Positions 1 to 9,488 of a stretch of DNA of 64,000 nucleotides are shown one piece after another (the first letter of the stretch is position 1; every line of letters starts with the position of its first letter). The translations under genes were made by a program, and so were the position numbers. The notes beneath the pieces were generated by a model, which was given only the letters and a program-made list of their open reading frames with translations, ran no database searches and was not told the origin of the DNA. This DNA is from Pseudomonadota bacterium (GTDB taxonomy: Bacteria > UBA10199 > 2-02-FULL-44-16 > DYJF01): NCBI GenBank assembly GCA_043823065.1, contig JBDRBB010000006.1, forward strand, positions 96,001 to 160,000. The letters run 5' to 3'.

Positions 1-1
1 C

Positions 2-814
2 GAACAGGGTTTAGTACGTCTTAAAAAAGATTCTCCCAAACTTTATAAAGAAAGCCTGGCTCAGCAAGATAAACATCTAGGCGCCATCAATCAAACTATT
101 GCTGTCTTAGAAAAATTCGAAATTGATTATGAAGTAATTCATCGGGAAAACTTAGAACAACATCTTAAAAAACTTAGCCGCAAAACAGATTTAATTATTG
201 CTATAGGTGGTGATGGTACTGTTTTGGCTGCTGCCCATGTAGCTGATAGCATTCCCATCCTGGCTATTAACTCTCTGCCCAAAACTTCGCGTGGTTACTT
301 TTGTGTTACTACTGCCCAAGATTTTGAAAACCTGTTTCTAAAAATCATTAAGGGAAAGAAAAAAACAAAATCTTTGCCTTTGCTCAAAATCACTATCAAT
401 GACCAGGAAGTGCCTACCAAGGCCTTAAATGATATTTTATTTACCAGTGAATCGCCTGCGGAAACAGTGCAATATACCTTGCAGGTTGGTAAAAACAAAG
501 AGCGGCAAAGAGGCTCTGGCATTTGGCTTGCTGCTGGGCCTGGTTCTACTGCTGGCATTAAGTCTGCTGGAGGCAAAGTTCAAAACATTACTTCAGAAAA
601 GATTCAATTTTTAGCGCGCGAGCTATGCGAGACCCCAGAGCTTTCTTACAAACTACGCCAAGGTTTTATAGCCAAGAATCAAGTTCTAAAAATCATTTCT
701 GAATCTGATTTAGGCAGAATCTATATTGACGGCAAAAGCGCCACCCACCATCTTTCCCGCGGCGCTACCCTTAGCATCGAAATCGCCAAGCAAAAGCTAC
801 AAATTTATCTTTAA
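2..814 (+). CDS. nadK: NAD(+)/NADH kinase, 5'-truncated by window edge
   Basis: Frame open from base 2; IIAIGGDGTVL motif just upstream of the tracked ORF, plus ALND and GSTAG motifs. Confidence 0.88.
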   Translation, partial: EQGLVRLKKDSPKLYKESLAQQDKHLGAINQTIAVLEKFEIDYEVIHRENLEQHLKKLSRKTDLIIAIGGDGTVLAAAHVADSIPILAINSLPKTSRGYFCVTTAQDFENLFLKIIKGKKKTKSLPLLKITINDQEVPTKALNDILFTSESPAETVQYTLQVGKNKERQRGSGIWLAAGPGSTAGIKSAGGKVQNITSEKIQFLARELCETPELSYKLRQGFIAKNQVLKIISESDLGRIYIDGKSATHHLSRGATLSIEIAKQKLQIYL

Positions 815-821
815 TATCAAA

Positions 822-897
822 TTGTCATTGCGAACGATGTGAAGCAATCCCGTTAGCTTATGTTGTCATTGCGAACGAAGTGAAGCAATCCCGTTAG
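822..897. repeat. Two tandem 35-bp copies of a GTCATTGCGA..GAAGCAATC palindromic-repeat arm
   Basis: ttgtcattgcgaacga(t/a)gtgaagcaatcccgttag at 822-856 and 863-897. Confidence 0.9.
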
Positions 898-1187
898 AAC
901 CAGTCCTTGCTTAAATCTATCCACTCCTTATTTTCTCTTTCAATAAGCTCAATTTTTCTTTTTCTTGAACCAGCTTTAATCTGTTTTTCACGCAATATTG
1001 CGAATTCTACATCATTACTGGTTTCAAAATATAAAAGTTTATCTATATTGTAGTTAGACGTGAAACCCAAAATCAACTTATTCTTATGTTCATATACTCT
1101 ACCTTCTAAATCACTTGTTACACCAGTATAGAGGACCGTATTTCTTTGATTAGTCATTATGTAAATGTAGTAGGTTTTGCTGGACAT
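894..1187 (-). CDS. Small stand-alone GIY-YIG nuclease
   Basis: YYIYIMTN..VLYTGVTSDL..RVYEHK..AILREKQIK signature. Confidence 0.92.
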   Translation of the reverse strand: MSSKTYYIYIMTNQRNTVLYTGVTSDLEGRVYEHKNKLILGFTSNYNIDKLLYFETSNDVEFAILREKQIKAGSRKRKIELIERENKEWIDLSKDWF

Positions 1188-1198
1188 TCATGCCTCAC

Positions 1199-1235
1199 CG
1201 GGATTGCTTCGTAGCTTACGCTCCTCGCAATGACA
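1199..1235. repeat. Inverted arm of the same palindromic repeat
   Basis: cgggattgcttcgtagcttacgctcctcgcaatgaca; its reverse complement matches the 822/863 copies at both ends. Confidence 0.88.
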
Positions 1236-2334
1236 CACTTGTTTCCTCTGGTGATGCATCTAATTCTGCGGTTACTGGTTGGTCTAACGTTGTCATGCGG
1301 TCATCGAGGCGGCCCAGGCGCTTGTCTGCGCTATCATAGGCTGATGAGGCATTGGAGATATGTTTGCCGATTTTAGAAAAATCATCTTTGAACCGGCCAA
1401 AATCGTTCTTGATTCTGCCCATTTCTTTGATGATCTCCGCCACAAATTTTTCTACGCGCATCCCCTTCAAACCAAGCAGGATGGTGTTTAGATAGGCATA
1501 AAAAGTATTAGGTGATACAGGGATAACTTTCTTTTTCATGGCATAAGCAAGTGGCGCATCGGTTTCACCCAGGGTTTCATTGCGGGTAATGATATCATAA
1601 TAAATATTTTCCGCAGGAATATACATTAAGGCAAAATCAAAAGTGCCCTCGCCTTGGCGGATATATTTGGCAGATTCATTCACTCGCCTTTTCACGCTTT
1701 CCACAAAACCCCGACGATTGATCTTTCTTTGCTCATCTGTATCTGCGCTTAATGAACGTTGAAAATCCTCCAAGGGAAATTTGGAATCAATGGGCACCAG
1801 GCCGTGCGCGGTCTTGATTACTGCATCAACGCGTTCACCGTCTTTGAAGCTGTATTGCAGCTCATAGGAATCTTGCGGAAGCATTTGTCCCAAAAGATCA
1901 GCTAGAAAAATTTCACCCAAACCACCCCGCATTTTTGGCGCGCGCAAAATATCTTGCAGGCTGGAAATATCTTTACCAACTTCTAAAACGCGCAATGTTG
2001 CTTCTTCAACTTTCAGCATGCGTTCACCTAAAACATTTACTGTGCGCGTGGCATTATCCAGACGTTCGCCCACTGTTTTGCTAACAGTATCTAGACGCTC
2101 GCCAACAGTCTTGTGCGTAATCTGCATCTGCTGAGCATTATTTTTCAGATGTTCATCAAGACGATTTTGCGTATTTTCAAAACTGGAACGAAGTACATCT
2201 TGAAGGGCAATCAACTGTTGCTGGATGTTCGCTGTAGTCTGGTCTTCACTTTTTTTGCGGAAGATTAGATAGGCTAGAGCAAATGCTCCAATGCCAACTA
2301 TAATTGTGATTATAATAATGATGGGGGAATCCAT
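1216..2334 (-). CDS. rmuC: DNA recombination protein RmuC
   Basis: N-terminal TM helix, coiled coil, RGGLGE, IDSKFP, DFALMYIPAE and VSPNT motifs. Confidence 0.92.
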   Translation of the reverse strand: MDSPIIIIITIIVGIGAFALAYLIFRKKSEDQTTANIQQQLIALQDVLRSSFENTQNRLDEHLKNNAQQMQITHKTVGERLDTVSKTVGERLDNATRTVNVLGERMLKVEEATLRVLEVGKDISSLQDILRAPKMRGGLGEIFLADLLGQMLPQDSYELQYSFKDGERVDAVIKTAHGLVPIDSKFPLEDFQRSLSADTDEQRKINRRGFVESVKRRVNESAKYIRQGEGTFDFALMYIPAENIYYDIITRNETLGETDAPLAYAMKKKVIPVSPNTFYAYLNTILLGLKGMRVEKFVAEIIKEMGRIKNDFGRFKDDFSKIGKHISNASSAYDSADKRLGRLDDRMTTLDQPVTAELDASPEETSVSLRGA

Positions 2335-2381
2335 GAAACATGGTCTAAGCTAAAATTGAGTGGGAAGCAAGTGGTAATTAA

Positions 2382-5339
2382 CTATCTAGCCTGTTGAGCG
2401 GCGCGTTGAAAAGCTTGAGCTATAATAAGCGGGGCTCCTCGCCCTGAATGAGGATCTATTATTTCTCCGCCAACTTCAACAACTATAGGATGTGGAAATG
2501 CAGCTAAAGCTTCTACAAACTCTGCTGCCAATGGAGCTCCACGACCTCTTTCTCTATTCAATCTTCCTGTAACTCTTAATTCCTGAAGAGCTGGCAACAT
2601 ACTAGTTATTCTTTGTAAAGCTCCTGTAGTTCTGGGATCGCTTCTTGGATTACAACGAATTATTAATCGATCTCCATCTTGTACAAACTCAATACCTGGA
2701 GTTCCTCTAAAAATTTCTTGGGAGACAAATCTCTCAAGTGCTGTAAAATCCATAGCAGGGGCACCATCTGCAGTGGGTGTTTGTCCAGCAACCTCACGCA
2801 CCCAACCCAAAACTCTATTTACTCTATCATCTAAAGATGCTCGGTCATCGCCCCTTATGACAAGGGTTTGATCAGCATGACCTGGCCACACAAAATGGAT
2901 CTCAGAACCTCTTTCTAAACTCGGCAATAAATCACGAAGTTGTCTGCCAAAAGTATCTTCATCCCATAAAATTCTTCCTGCTTCATCTCTGGGTATTCTA
3001 ACTTCATGATGTCCAGATTCAACACCTCTATATGCTGCGCCAAAAATATGACTTAACCACTGATCTGCACTGGCTCCCCGAGTTGGAGCAGCATCTACTC
3101 GTCTACCTAAATCACCATCATCTGGATTTGGTTGGCCTCCGGAGGGTCGGCCAACTGTTACTTGAGGAATCCCTGGGTTTGGTCTAGAACTAGGCTGAAC
3201 ATCACGTGGGGGTCTTGGTGTTACATCTGGATGATGAGATCCAACTCTGGCTGGACGAGCTGGAGCGTGATCTCTACCATCGGCAATTCCAGAGCCACTA
3301 TCACCCCTGCCCCTTCCTGCCGCATGAACTCTGGCCTGGCGCAAAGCTTCATCAGCTTCAGCTTGATCAACTCTTCCGCCTCTTAGCACATCACCTGCAG
3401 CGCCATCACCACCAACACCTCTAGCTAAAACTCCATGACCTGCTCTAGCTAGGGCAGCTCTCAAATCTCTATTGGAAGCATCTTCGTCATCATCATCAAC
3501 AGCTTGATCAAGGGCAGCAACTATTCCTGAACTTCTTGCCTCTTCGCGTCTGGCTTCTCTAACATCTGCTTCTACATTTTCAATAATTGCTGATAAGCCA
3601 CCTGAAACTGGGGCGCCGTTTAAAGTATACGCTGTGTCTGCTGGAAGCCTACTAAGTTGCGGCCTAGCAGCCCTAAGTGCAGCTAAAGCAAGAACTGGAT
3701 TATCACCAGAAGTAGTAATAGCTACAGTGCTATGTTCGCTATCTGCAGCGCCATGCTCAGCTCTGATAGTTACACCTGATCCTCTTATAGATGCTATAGC
3801 GCTGTTGGCTGCGCTAACGCGGCTATCAACTGTGCGTATTCTAGCTGATCTGGCTGCTTGAGCTGCTTCTCTTGCTTGACGAGCTTCTGCAGCTGCTCCG
3901 GCAGATGCTGCTTCTCGTTCTGCTCTTTGTAAGCGAGTAACCAAAGCTCCGACATTTTCCATTACTTCTGTACCATAACGCAACTGTGTATCTGGCAACT
4001 CAGCAATTGCTGATTGGTTTGCCTGAACAGCTCTTAATACATCTGCAGGATTGCTATCTGTTCTAAAGGTGAGAGAGCTATGCTCTGGAGTATGAGAAGC
4101 CCTAACATGTCTAGGACCTATCGCACTAGCAACTCTGCCAACCCTAGCTTGCCTTTGTCTGATTGCTTGTTGTCTAGCTTGTTCTGCTTCTCTTACTTGG
4201 CGAGCTTCTTCTGCAGCTCTAGCTGCGGCTGTTTCTCGTTCTGCAACTGCTCTGCGGGCTGCTTCAACCCTTGTCCTTCTTTGTTCTGCTGCTCTAGCTT
4301 CTGTTGCTTCTCTTTCTTCTCTTAATCTTCTTGCTTCTGCAGTTCTAGCTTCTTCACGCTCTCTTGTTGCATCTTGCTGATCTAAGCTGGCAACTCTTCT
4401 ATCAACTATACCTCTAACCGTTTGTAAACGTGCAGCAGCGTCACCAGTAAGCAAACTTCTTTCAAACCTAGCATTAGCTCCAAGTTGCACTAGAGCTTCT
4501 CCAAATTGTTCTGAAAATTCTCCGCCTGGTGATAACAATCTCTGCAAGACTCTTGGTTCTGAACAAGTAATTCTATTATCGTCAGTTACGCTTATACCAC
4601 TAGTTGTTAATCCATTTAAATATGTTCTAGCCTGGGCACTATGATCAACCAAAGGTTCAGAACGTGGTGGTGTTGGTGGTACTGGTGGAGAAGTAACTGG
4701 ACGCGCTGGTGATGGCGTCACTGGAGGCGGTGCAGGTGGAGATCGCACTGGAACTGGAGGTGGAGGAGGAGGTTCAACTGGCTCTGGTGCTGGAGGTGGA
4801 GGTGGTGCAGGCTCAACTGGAGGAGCTGGTTCTGCTGGTTCTGGCGTAGCTGCATCATCTGTAGTATCTGCAACCACCTCAGGTTCTTCATCTGGTTCAA
4901 CATCATCACTATCAACAACTACATCTGCTTCTTCAGGAGTTGCAGTATCTTCTTCAGCGCCAGCAGCTCTATCACTTCTAGAAGGAGCTGACTCTTCATT
5001 ATCATCTATATTAATATCAATCACTCCGCCACTTGGAGCTGGGCCAACATCTCTGCGCGTAACAAAAAATGAACGATTGGCTCCCATTTGCGCAGGTGTG
5101 GCTATTTGATTGCCAGCCATAAACCTGTTTAAGCCCAAAGAGCCATAATTCATGCTTCTGGCAATTAAGCCCTGCATATAACTAAAAGCAGGATTAACAG
5201 CTGAAAATGAAGTGCCTAGACCGCCAATCATAGCAGCGCCATGGTGAGCAACCGAGCCACTTGTTAAATTGAGCGGACTGCCCACATAAGCCATGGTGCT
5301 AACTAAGGCTGATAAATTGTTAGTTCCTAAATTGACCAC
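2382..5339 (-). CDS. Large lysine-free orphan protein (uncharged N-terminal leader, acidic/Pro-rich linker, Arg/Glu/Ala coiled coil, repeated modules)
   Basis: 998-aa ORF; GTG at 5339 has a GGGGG SD 5 nt upstream and gives 985 aa with no Lys. Confidence 0.8.
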   Translation of the reverse strand: MVNLGTNNLSALVSTMAYVGSPLNLTSGSVAHHGAAMIGGLGTSFSAVNPAFSYMQGLIARSMNYGSLGLNRFMAGNQIATPAQMGANRSFFVTRRDVGPAPSGGVIDINIDDNEESAPSRSDRAAGAEEDTATPEEADVVVDSDDVEPDEEPEVVADTTDDAATPEPAEPAPPVEPAPPPPPAPEPVEPPPPPPVPVRSPPAPPPVTPSPARPVTSPPVPPTPPRSEPLVDHSAQARTYLNGLTTSGISVTDDNRITCSEPRVLQRLLSPGGEFSEQFGEALVQLGANARFERSLLTGDAAARLQTVRGIVDRRVASLDQQDATREREEARTAEARRLREEREATEARAAEQRRTRVEAARRAVAERETAAARAAEEARQVREAEQARQQAIRQRQARVGRVASAIGPRHVRASHTPEHSSLTFRTDSNPADVLRAVQANQSAIAELPDTQLRYGTEVMENVGALVTRLQRAEREAASAGAAAEARQAREAAQAARSARIRTVDSRVSAANSAIASIRGSGVTIRAEHGAADSEHSTVAITTSGDNPVLALAALRAARPQLSRLPADTAYTLNGAPVSGGLSAIIENVEADVREARREEARSSGIVAALDQAVDDDDEDASNRDLRAALARAGHGVLARGVGGDGAAGDVLRGGRVDQAEADEALRQARVHAAGRGRGDSGSGIADGRDHAPARPARVGSHHPDVTPRPPRDVQPSSRPNPGIPQVTVGRPSGGQPNPDDGDLGRRVDAAPTRGASADQWLSHIFGAAYRGVESGHHEVRIPRDEAGRILWDEDTFGRQLRDLLPSLERGSEIHFVWPGHADQTLVIRGDDRASLDDRVNRVLGWVREVAGQTPTADGAPAMDFTALERFVSQEIFRGTPGIEFVQDGDRLIIRCNPRSDPRTTGALQRITSMLPALQELRVTGRLNRERGRGAPLAAEFVEALAAFPHPIVVEVGGEIIDPHSGRGAPLIIAQAFQRAAQQAR

Positions 5340-5467
5340 TAAAGCCCCCAATTTGCCCAAAAAATCGTAGGATTTCACACCCCAGGCACATTGCTTAGGT
5401 TTATAACCATTTGATATTACTAGCCTTTAATTAGGCTGAATTATCAAAACTCTTAAGCTTAAGGTAT

Positions 5468-5483
5468 TGCAATTGGTGGGCCA
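5468..5483 (-). promoter_or_regulatory. sigma54 -24/-12 promoter
   Basis: TGGCCC-ACCAA-TTGCA on the minus strand upstream of the 985-aa gene. Confidence 0.65.
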
Positions 5484-5528
5484 AATTGAGGTATTTGGTA
5501 TAGGGCTTTGGGTATAGAAATCCCTTTT

Positions 5529-5675
5529 GGGGACGTTACCCCAATCGTTAACTTATTGATATTTTTGGTAAATAACTGGCGAGTTTTAAAAATTAAAAAC
5601 CACTGGCTCAAAAATCTCAAGTTGTCTTTTATTTAACAATGATTTTAGGTAGTTATGGATGGGGGAAACGTCCCC
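5529..5675. mobile_element. MITE-like element with GGGGACGTT..CCCC ends; a third end at 7077-7093
   Basis: ggggacgttacccc (5529-5542) is inverted to gggggaaacgtcccc (5661-5675). Confidence 0.5.
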
Positions 5676-5722
5676 TAGCTATGCTGATTTTTGACTTTAC
5701 TTTCGGCAAATTTGCGGCATAA

Positions 5723-6880
5723 TTGCCATATATGTACACAAGAATTCTAAAAAAACCTAAAAATTCAATTTTGCTCTTTGGCCCCAGAGGGACAGGTAAA
5801 TCAACCTGGCTTAAACAATGCTATCCAGATACTCCAAACTATGATCTGTTAAATACCCAAGAAGCCCTTCGTCTTAGCAAAAACCCTTCACTAATCTATA
5901 ACGAACTTGAAACATACCCACCTGGCACTTGGGTTGTACTGGATGAAGTACAAAAAGTACCAGCTTTGTTAGATGAAGTACATCGCCTAATTGAAAATAA
6001 AAAACTAAATTTTGTACTATCAGGCTCTAGTGCCCGCAAACTAAAAAAAGGCGGGGCCAATCTTTTGGCAGGCAGGGCTCAAATGCAACATATGTTTCCG
6101 TTTGTTTCCAAAGAAGTGGATTTCAAAATAAAAACACCAGAAGTCTTTCGATTTGGAATGTTGCCTATGGCCTATTTAAGCCAAGAGCCAATTCCATATT
6201 TAAGAACTTATGTTGAAGCTTATTTGGCTGAAGAAATTAAGGGCGAGGCTCTAACCAGAAATATTGGAGGATTTGCCCGATTTTTAGAAATTGCAGCTAG
6301 ACAAAATGGTCAAATCACCAATGTCTCCAACATTGCCAGGGATGCCCAAGTTGCCAGGCAGACTGTCCAAGGATATTTTGATATATTAGTAGATACTTTG
6401 TTAGGTTATTGGCTGCAACCCTGGAAATTAAAACGAGCAACAAAACAAGTTGCTCATCCTAAATTTTACTTCTTTGATGCTGGCGTAGCTAGGGCTTTAT
6501 CAAACAGACTTCCTTACCCTTTAACCAATGAAGAACTGGGGCCTTTGTTTGAGACATTTATTATTGGAGAAATTCAGGCCTACTTAGCTTATACTGAATT
6601 AAACTATCCCCTATATTTCTGGAGTAGCCATGACAATGTTGAAGTTGATTTATTATTGGAAACTAAAAAAGGTTTTTTAGCTTTGGAATTTAAATCTGCC
6701 ACAAATTGGAACAAGAGCTTTAATAAAGGGCTAACCCGCATTAGCTCTGAACTTGAAGCAAACAAGGTTCGCTGTATTGGGGTTTATAATGGAGAAAGGC
6801 CAGCTAAGTTTGACTCTATTGAAGTTTTGCCACTTCTAACCTTTTTAGAAAAACTTTGGGCAGGAGATTTGATTGCTTAA
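5723..6880 (+). CDS. AAA_14 ATPase with DUF4143 C-terminal domain
   Basis: GPRGTGKS Walker A, LDEVQK, SGSS, KFYFFDAG, EVDLL..ALEFK; probable start is ATG 5732. Confidence 0.9.
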   Translation: MPYMYTRILKKPKNSILLFGPRGTGKSTWLKQCYPDTPNYDLLNTQEALRLSKNPSLIYNELETYPPGTWVVLDEVQKVPALLDEVHRLIENKKLNFVLSGSSARKLKKGGANLLAGRAQMQHMFPFVSKEVDFKIKTPEVFRFGMLPMAYLSQEPIPYLRTYVEAYLAEEIKGEALTRNIGGFARFLEIAARQNGQITNVSNIARDAQVARQTVQGYFDILVDTLLGYWLQPWKLKRATKQVAHPKFYFFDAGVARALSNRLPYPLTNEELGPLFETFIIGEIQAYLAYTELNYPLYFWSSHDNVEVDLLLETKKGFLALEFKSATNWNKSFNKGLTRISSELEANKVRCIGVYNGERPAKFDSIEVLPLLTFLEKLWAGDLIA

Positions 6881-6906
6881 AAAAAACCGCCTGGAGAGAG
6901 GCGGTT
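6877..6906 (-). terminator. Rho-independent terminator, duplicate copy
   Basis: aaccgcc-tggagaga-ggcggtt hairpin with an A-tract; 29/30 identical to 7886-7915. Confidence 0.7.
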
Positions 6907-6977
6907 CTATATTGTGGCTTGTGGGGACCTTATAAAGCGACCATTGACTATTGACCATGGACCAAAAAACAAGGGGT

Positions 6978-7012
6978 GTGATTGCGAGGAGCGTTAGCGA
7001 CGAAGCAATCTC
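6978..7012. repeat. Solo palindromic-repeat arm
   Basis: gtgattgcgaggagcgttagcgacgaagcaatctc, same family as 1199-1235. Confidence 0.75.
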
Positions 7013-7125
7013 GGAAGAGTCGGTATTGTGTATTATTGACACCTAATGGGTGACCCCGGTTTTGTTTGTTAGGAATGGGGGAAAACGTCCCCAAGTATTA
7101 TTGTCCCCTAGCTTTTATTAGGTCT

Positions 7126-7446
7126 TTACGCAGCAATGGCTTCTTTTCGAACTCTGCTAAACAAAGGTGAAAGATTATCTTTTTGAAATGTATATGGATC
7201 AGTAAGGACAATCTGAAGGCGAGGATCAATCTGATAGGCAATTACAACAACTTGTTTTTCATATTTTTCTTTATTTTTTTTAAATACTCTTGCTACTAAA
7301 CAAATGTCAATATCGCTATCAGGTCTAGCGTCACCTCTAGCATATGATCCAAATAGATATATTTTTACTTTAGGAAAAGCTTGCTTTTCTAATTCAGCTT
7401 GAAATTTTGAAATTATTTTTCCAATAGATTTTGCAACCATAGCCAA
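7126..7446 (-). CDS. Minimal nucleotidyltransferase (MNT) antitoxin
   Basis: YLFGSYARG..DSDIDI motif. Confidence 0.9.
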   Translation of the reverse strand: MAMVAKSIGKIISKFQAELEKQAFPKVKIYLFGSYARGDARPDSDIDICLVARVFKKNKEKYEKQVVVIAYQIDPRLQIVLTDPYTFQKDNLSPLFSRVRKEAIAA

Positions 7447-7814
7447 AGCTCCTTGCTTTGCTCTAAATATTTTTTAGCATAATTTTTATTAACTTTTTTA
7501 TAAAAACTTTTCAAATCTTCTGGATATCTAATTTCTAAATTAAATTTATTTATTTGGTCAAACAACTCGATCTGAGCTTTGGTTAACTCCAAATTTGCCT
7601 TGCCAGCTAAATACAATAAATTATGCGTAAATGGAGGATGCTCTTTAGCAACCTTTGCCACCAAAGCTTTTAATAGTTTTTCCAACATCAAATGACAAAG
7701 AAATAAACAATAATCATACTTACCGGTTCTATATAAAGACAAGGATACTTCTCTATCATGCTTTGCTGCTTCAAACCAATATTTGATTACTTTGGATATA
7801 TCCTTATTAGTCAT
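7413..7814 (-). CDS. HEPN domain protein (HEPN-MNT pair)
   Basis: WFEAA..D, CHLMLEKLLKA, THNL, IRYP; ATG at 7814 is the likely start. Confidence 0.88.
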   Translation of the reverse strand: MTNKDISKVIKYWFEAAKHDREVSLSLYRTGKYDYCLFLCHLMLEKLLKALVAKVAKEHPPFTHNLLYLAGKANLELTKAQIELFDQINKFNLEIRYPEDLKSFYKKVNKNYAKKYLEQSKELWLWLQNLLEK

Positions 7815-7885
7815 AAATTTAGAATATACTTTGTGCACATTTTTTTCAACTAATAATACCGATCCCTTCGCGGGGGTGGGATTGG

Positions 7886-7915
7886 TTAAAAAAAACCGCG
7901 TGGAGAGAGGCGGTT
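7886..7915 (-). terminator. Terminator of the 12354-7952 operon
   Basis: GC hairpin followed by a U-tract on the minus strand. Confidence 0.65.
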
Positions 7916-7951
7916 TTGAACACACATATTATATATACTGAACAATGATTA

Positions 7952-9454
7952 TCATTCAGGGTGAGTTAAGCTAAAATTACCTAAACTAGGACCACTTCCG
8001 TCTCCACCAAATATATTGCCACCCATTTCCAAAGTGGCACCTCCAGGAGGAATACTACCCTGGCTTGGCAAATACCTTGAATCCAAGGTCAAGGTGTTAT
8101 CACCACCTGCTTCCTCTTCATCTGGCGGCTGTAAAAAATCAACAAAATCTTCATAAGTATATCTAACTGGAGTCTGATCAGCATCTTCATTTATTTCAAC
8201 TGGTTCAGAGCTTCTTTCTTCAATAGGTTCATCTTCTGGCTCCGCTGAAGAAGGTTCAACACTTCCTTCGCGCAAAACTCTTGCTGAACCATCTCCTCTA
8301 ATTATTACAACTTCTATTCCTGAAGGCATGTTATCTACAGCTGTTCTTATAGCTTGGCGACGACTAGTTGCCTCATCTCCATCTCCACCAAATTCTCTAT
8401 CAAAAATACGGCGCTGACGATTTTGAAAATCAATAACCAGCCGAGCAGGTTGATCTTCCCCTTGTAATTCAACTCTGAACTGCGCTAAAGGTTCTGCTTC
8501 ATTATTAAGTCTAAAACTATTCATTAAAGGTTCTAATCTACCATCCATTAAATTACAAGATGATTGACACTCTTCATCAGCTTCCCTTAAAATTCTTTCT
8601 GAACCATTTCCTCTAATTATTACAACTTCTATTCCTGAAGGCATGGCATCTACAGCTGTTCTAATATCAGCTCGACGCCTGATTGCTTGTTCTCCCTCAC
8701 CACCAAATTCCCTATCAAAGATTTGTCGCTGTGATCTAGAAAAATCAATAATCAAGCGCGTAGGCTGATCTGCTCCTTGTGACTCAAGCCTAAATTCAGC
8801 TAGAGGGTTTTCTTGACCTTCAACTCTAAAATTTGCTGCTAATGCCTGAAATGCATCTAATCCACCAGTTGTCCTCTGCTCATGGTTAGAAACTTCTGGT
8901 GCTGAGGAAGCAAACACCTCCAAAGCCAAACCAACAGGGTCATCAATTGGCACTGCATTATGGCTCGCTGCACGGCTAAGCGCCTCGGCATATATACCAA
9001 AGCTTTCATCATTACCTTCAAGAATCGCTCTTGCTTCAGCAGTAAAAAGTGAAGGACTATATTCAAATAAAGACATTATTGCATGGCATTGTTCTAGAAC
9101 TTCAAGATTAGCATAAGCATCTAATTCAGATTCCTCTAAAATATTATTCTCATTTGAATCACAACTCCAAATATCTGTGCCTAATTGAATAATATCTGCT
9201 TGAGTTATTCTGCGAAAGACAATGAGTTCGCCTTGTCCATTGGGGACCTCAATTTCACCTCCAGTAAATAAGTCACCATTGGCAGTTAAAACGCATTGAT
9301 TATCTGAATCTAGCAAACAAAATTCACCACTATCACCTGGTTCAATTTGGTCAGTATCAGAATTTTCAATTAATTCTATATTACCTATCCTAGTTTGCGT
9401 TTCATCATCTAGAATAAATAAGCCTTCTTCACTTTGTTGAATAATCAATCCCAT
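7952..9454 (-). CDS. Acidic lysine-free orphan with a tandem 105-aa-period domain duplication
   Basis: 500 aa, no Lys; AGAGGA SD; repeat copies at 8830-8582 and 8515-8267. Confidence 0.85.
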   Translation of the reverse strand: MGLIIQQSEEGLFILDDETQTRIGNIELIENSDTDQIEPGDSGEFCLLDSDNQCVLTANGDLFTGGEIEVPNGQGELIVFRRITQADIIQLGTDIWSCDSNENNILEESELDAYANLEVLEQCHAIMSLFEYSPSLFTAEARAILEGNDESFGIYAEALSRAASHNAVPIDDPVGLALEVFASSAPEVSNHEQRTTGGLDAFQALAANFRVEGQENPLAEFRLESQGADQPTRLIIDFSRSQRQIFDREFGGEGEQAIRRRADIRTAVDAMPSGIEVVIIRGNGSERILREADEECQSSCNLMDGRLEPLMNSFRLNNEAEPLAQFRVELQGEDQPARLVIDFQNRQRRIFDREFGGDGDEATSRRQAIRTAVDNMPSGIEVVIIRGDGSARVLREGSVEPSSAEPEDEPIEERSSEPVEINEDADQTPVRYTYEDFVDFLQPPDEEEAGGDNTLTLDSRYLPSQGSIPPGGATLEMGGNIFGGDGSGPSLGNFSLTHPE

Positions 9455-9488
9455 AATTCCTCTTTGATTCTCTTAATAAAATGATTGA

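Noticed and set aside
822..897. Possible CRISPR mini-array
   Set aside because: Only two 35-bp copies with a 6-bp gap, no cas genes, and the sequence belongs to a dispersed palindromic family
3132..4918. Short antisense or alternate-frame ORFs here and within most long genes
   Set aside because: Shadow ORFs with no recognisable motifs, overlapping better-supported genes
8267..8830. Diversity-generating retroelement template/variable repeat pair
   Set aside because: Both copies are in frame in one protein, differences are not confined to adenines, and no reverse transcriptase is in the window
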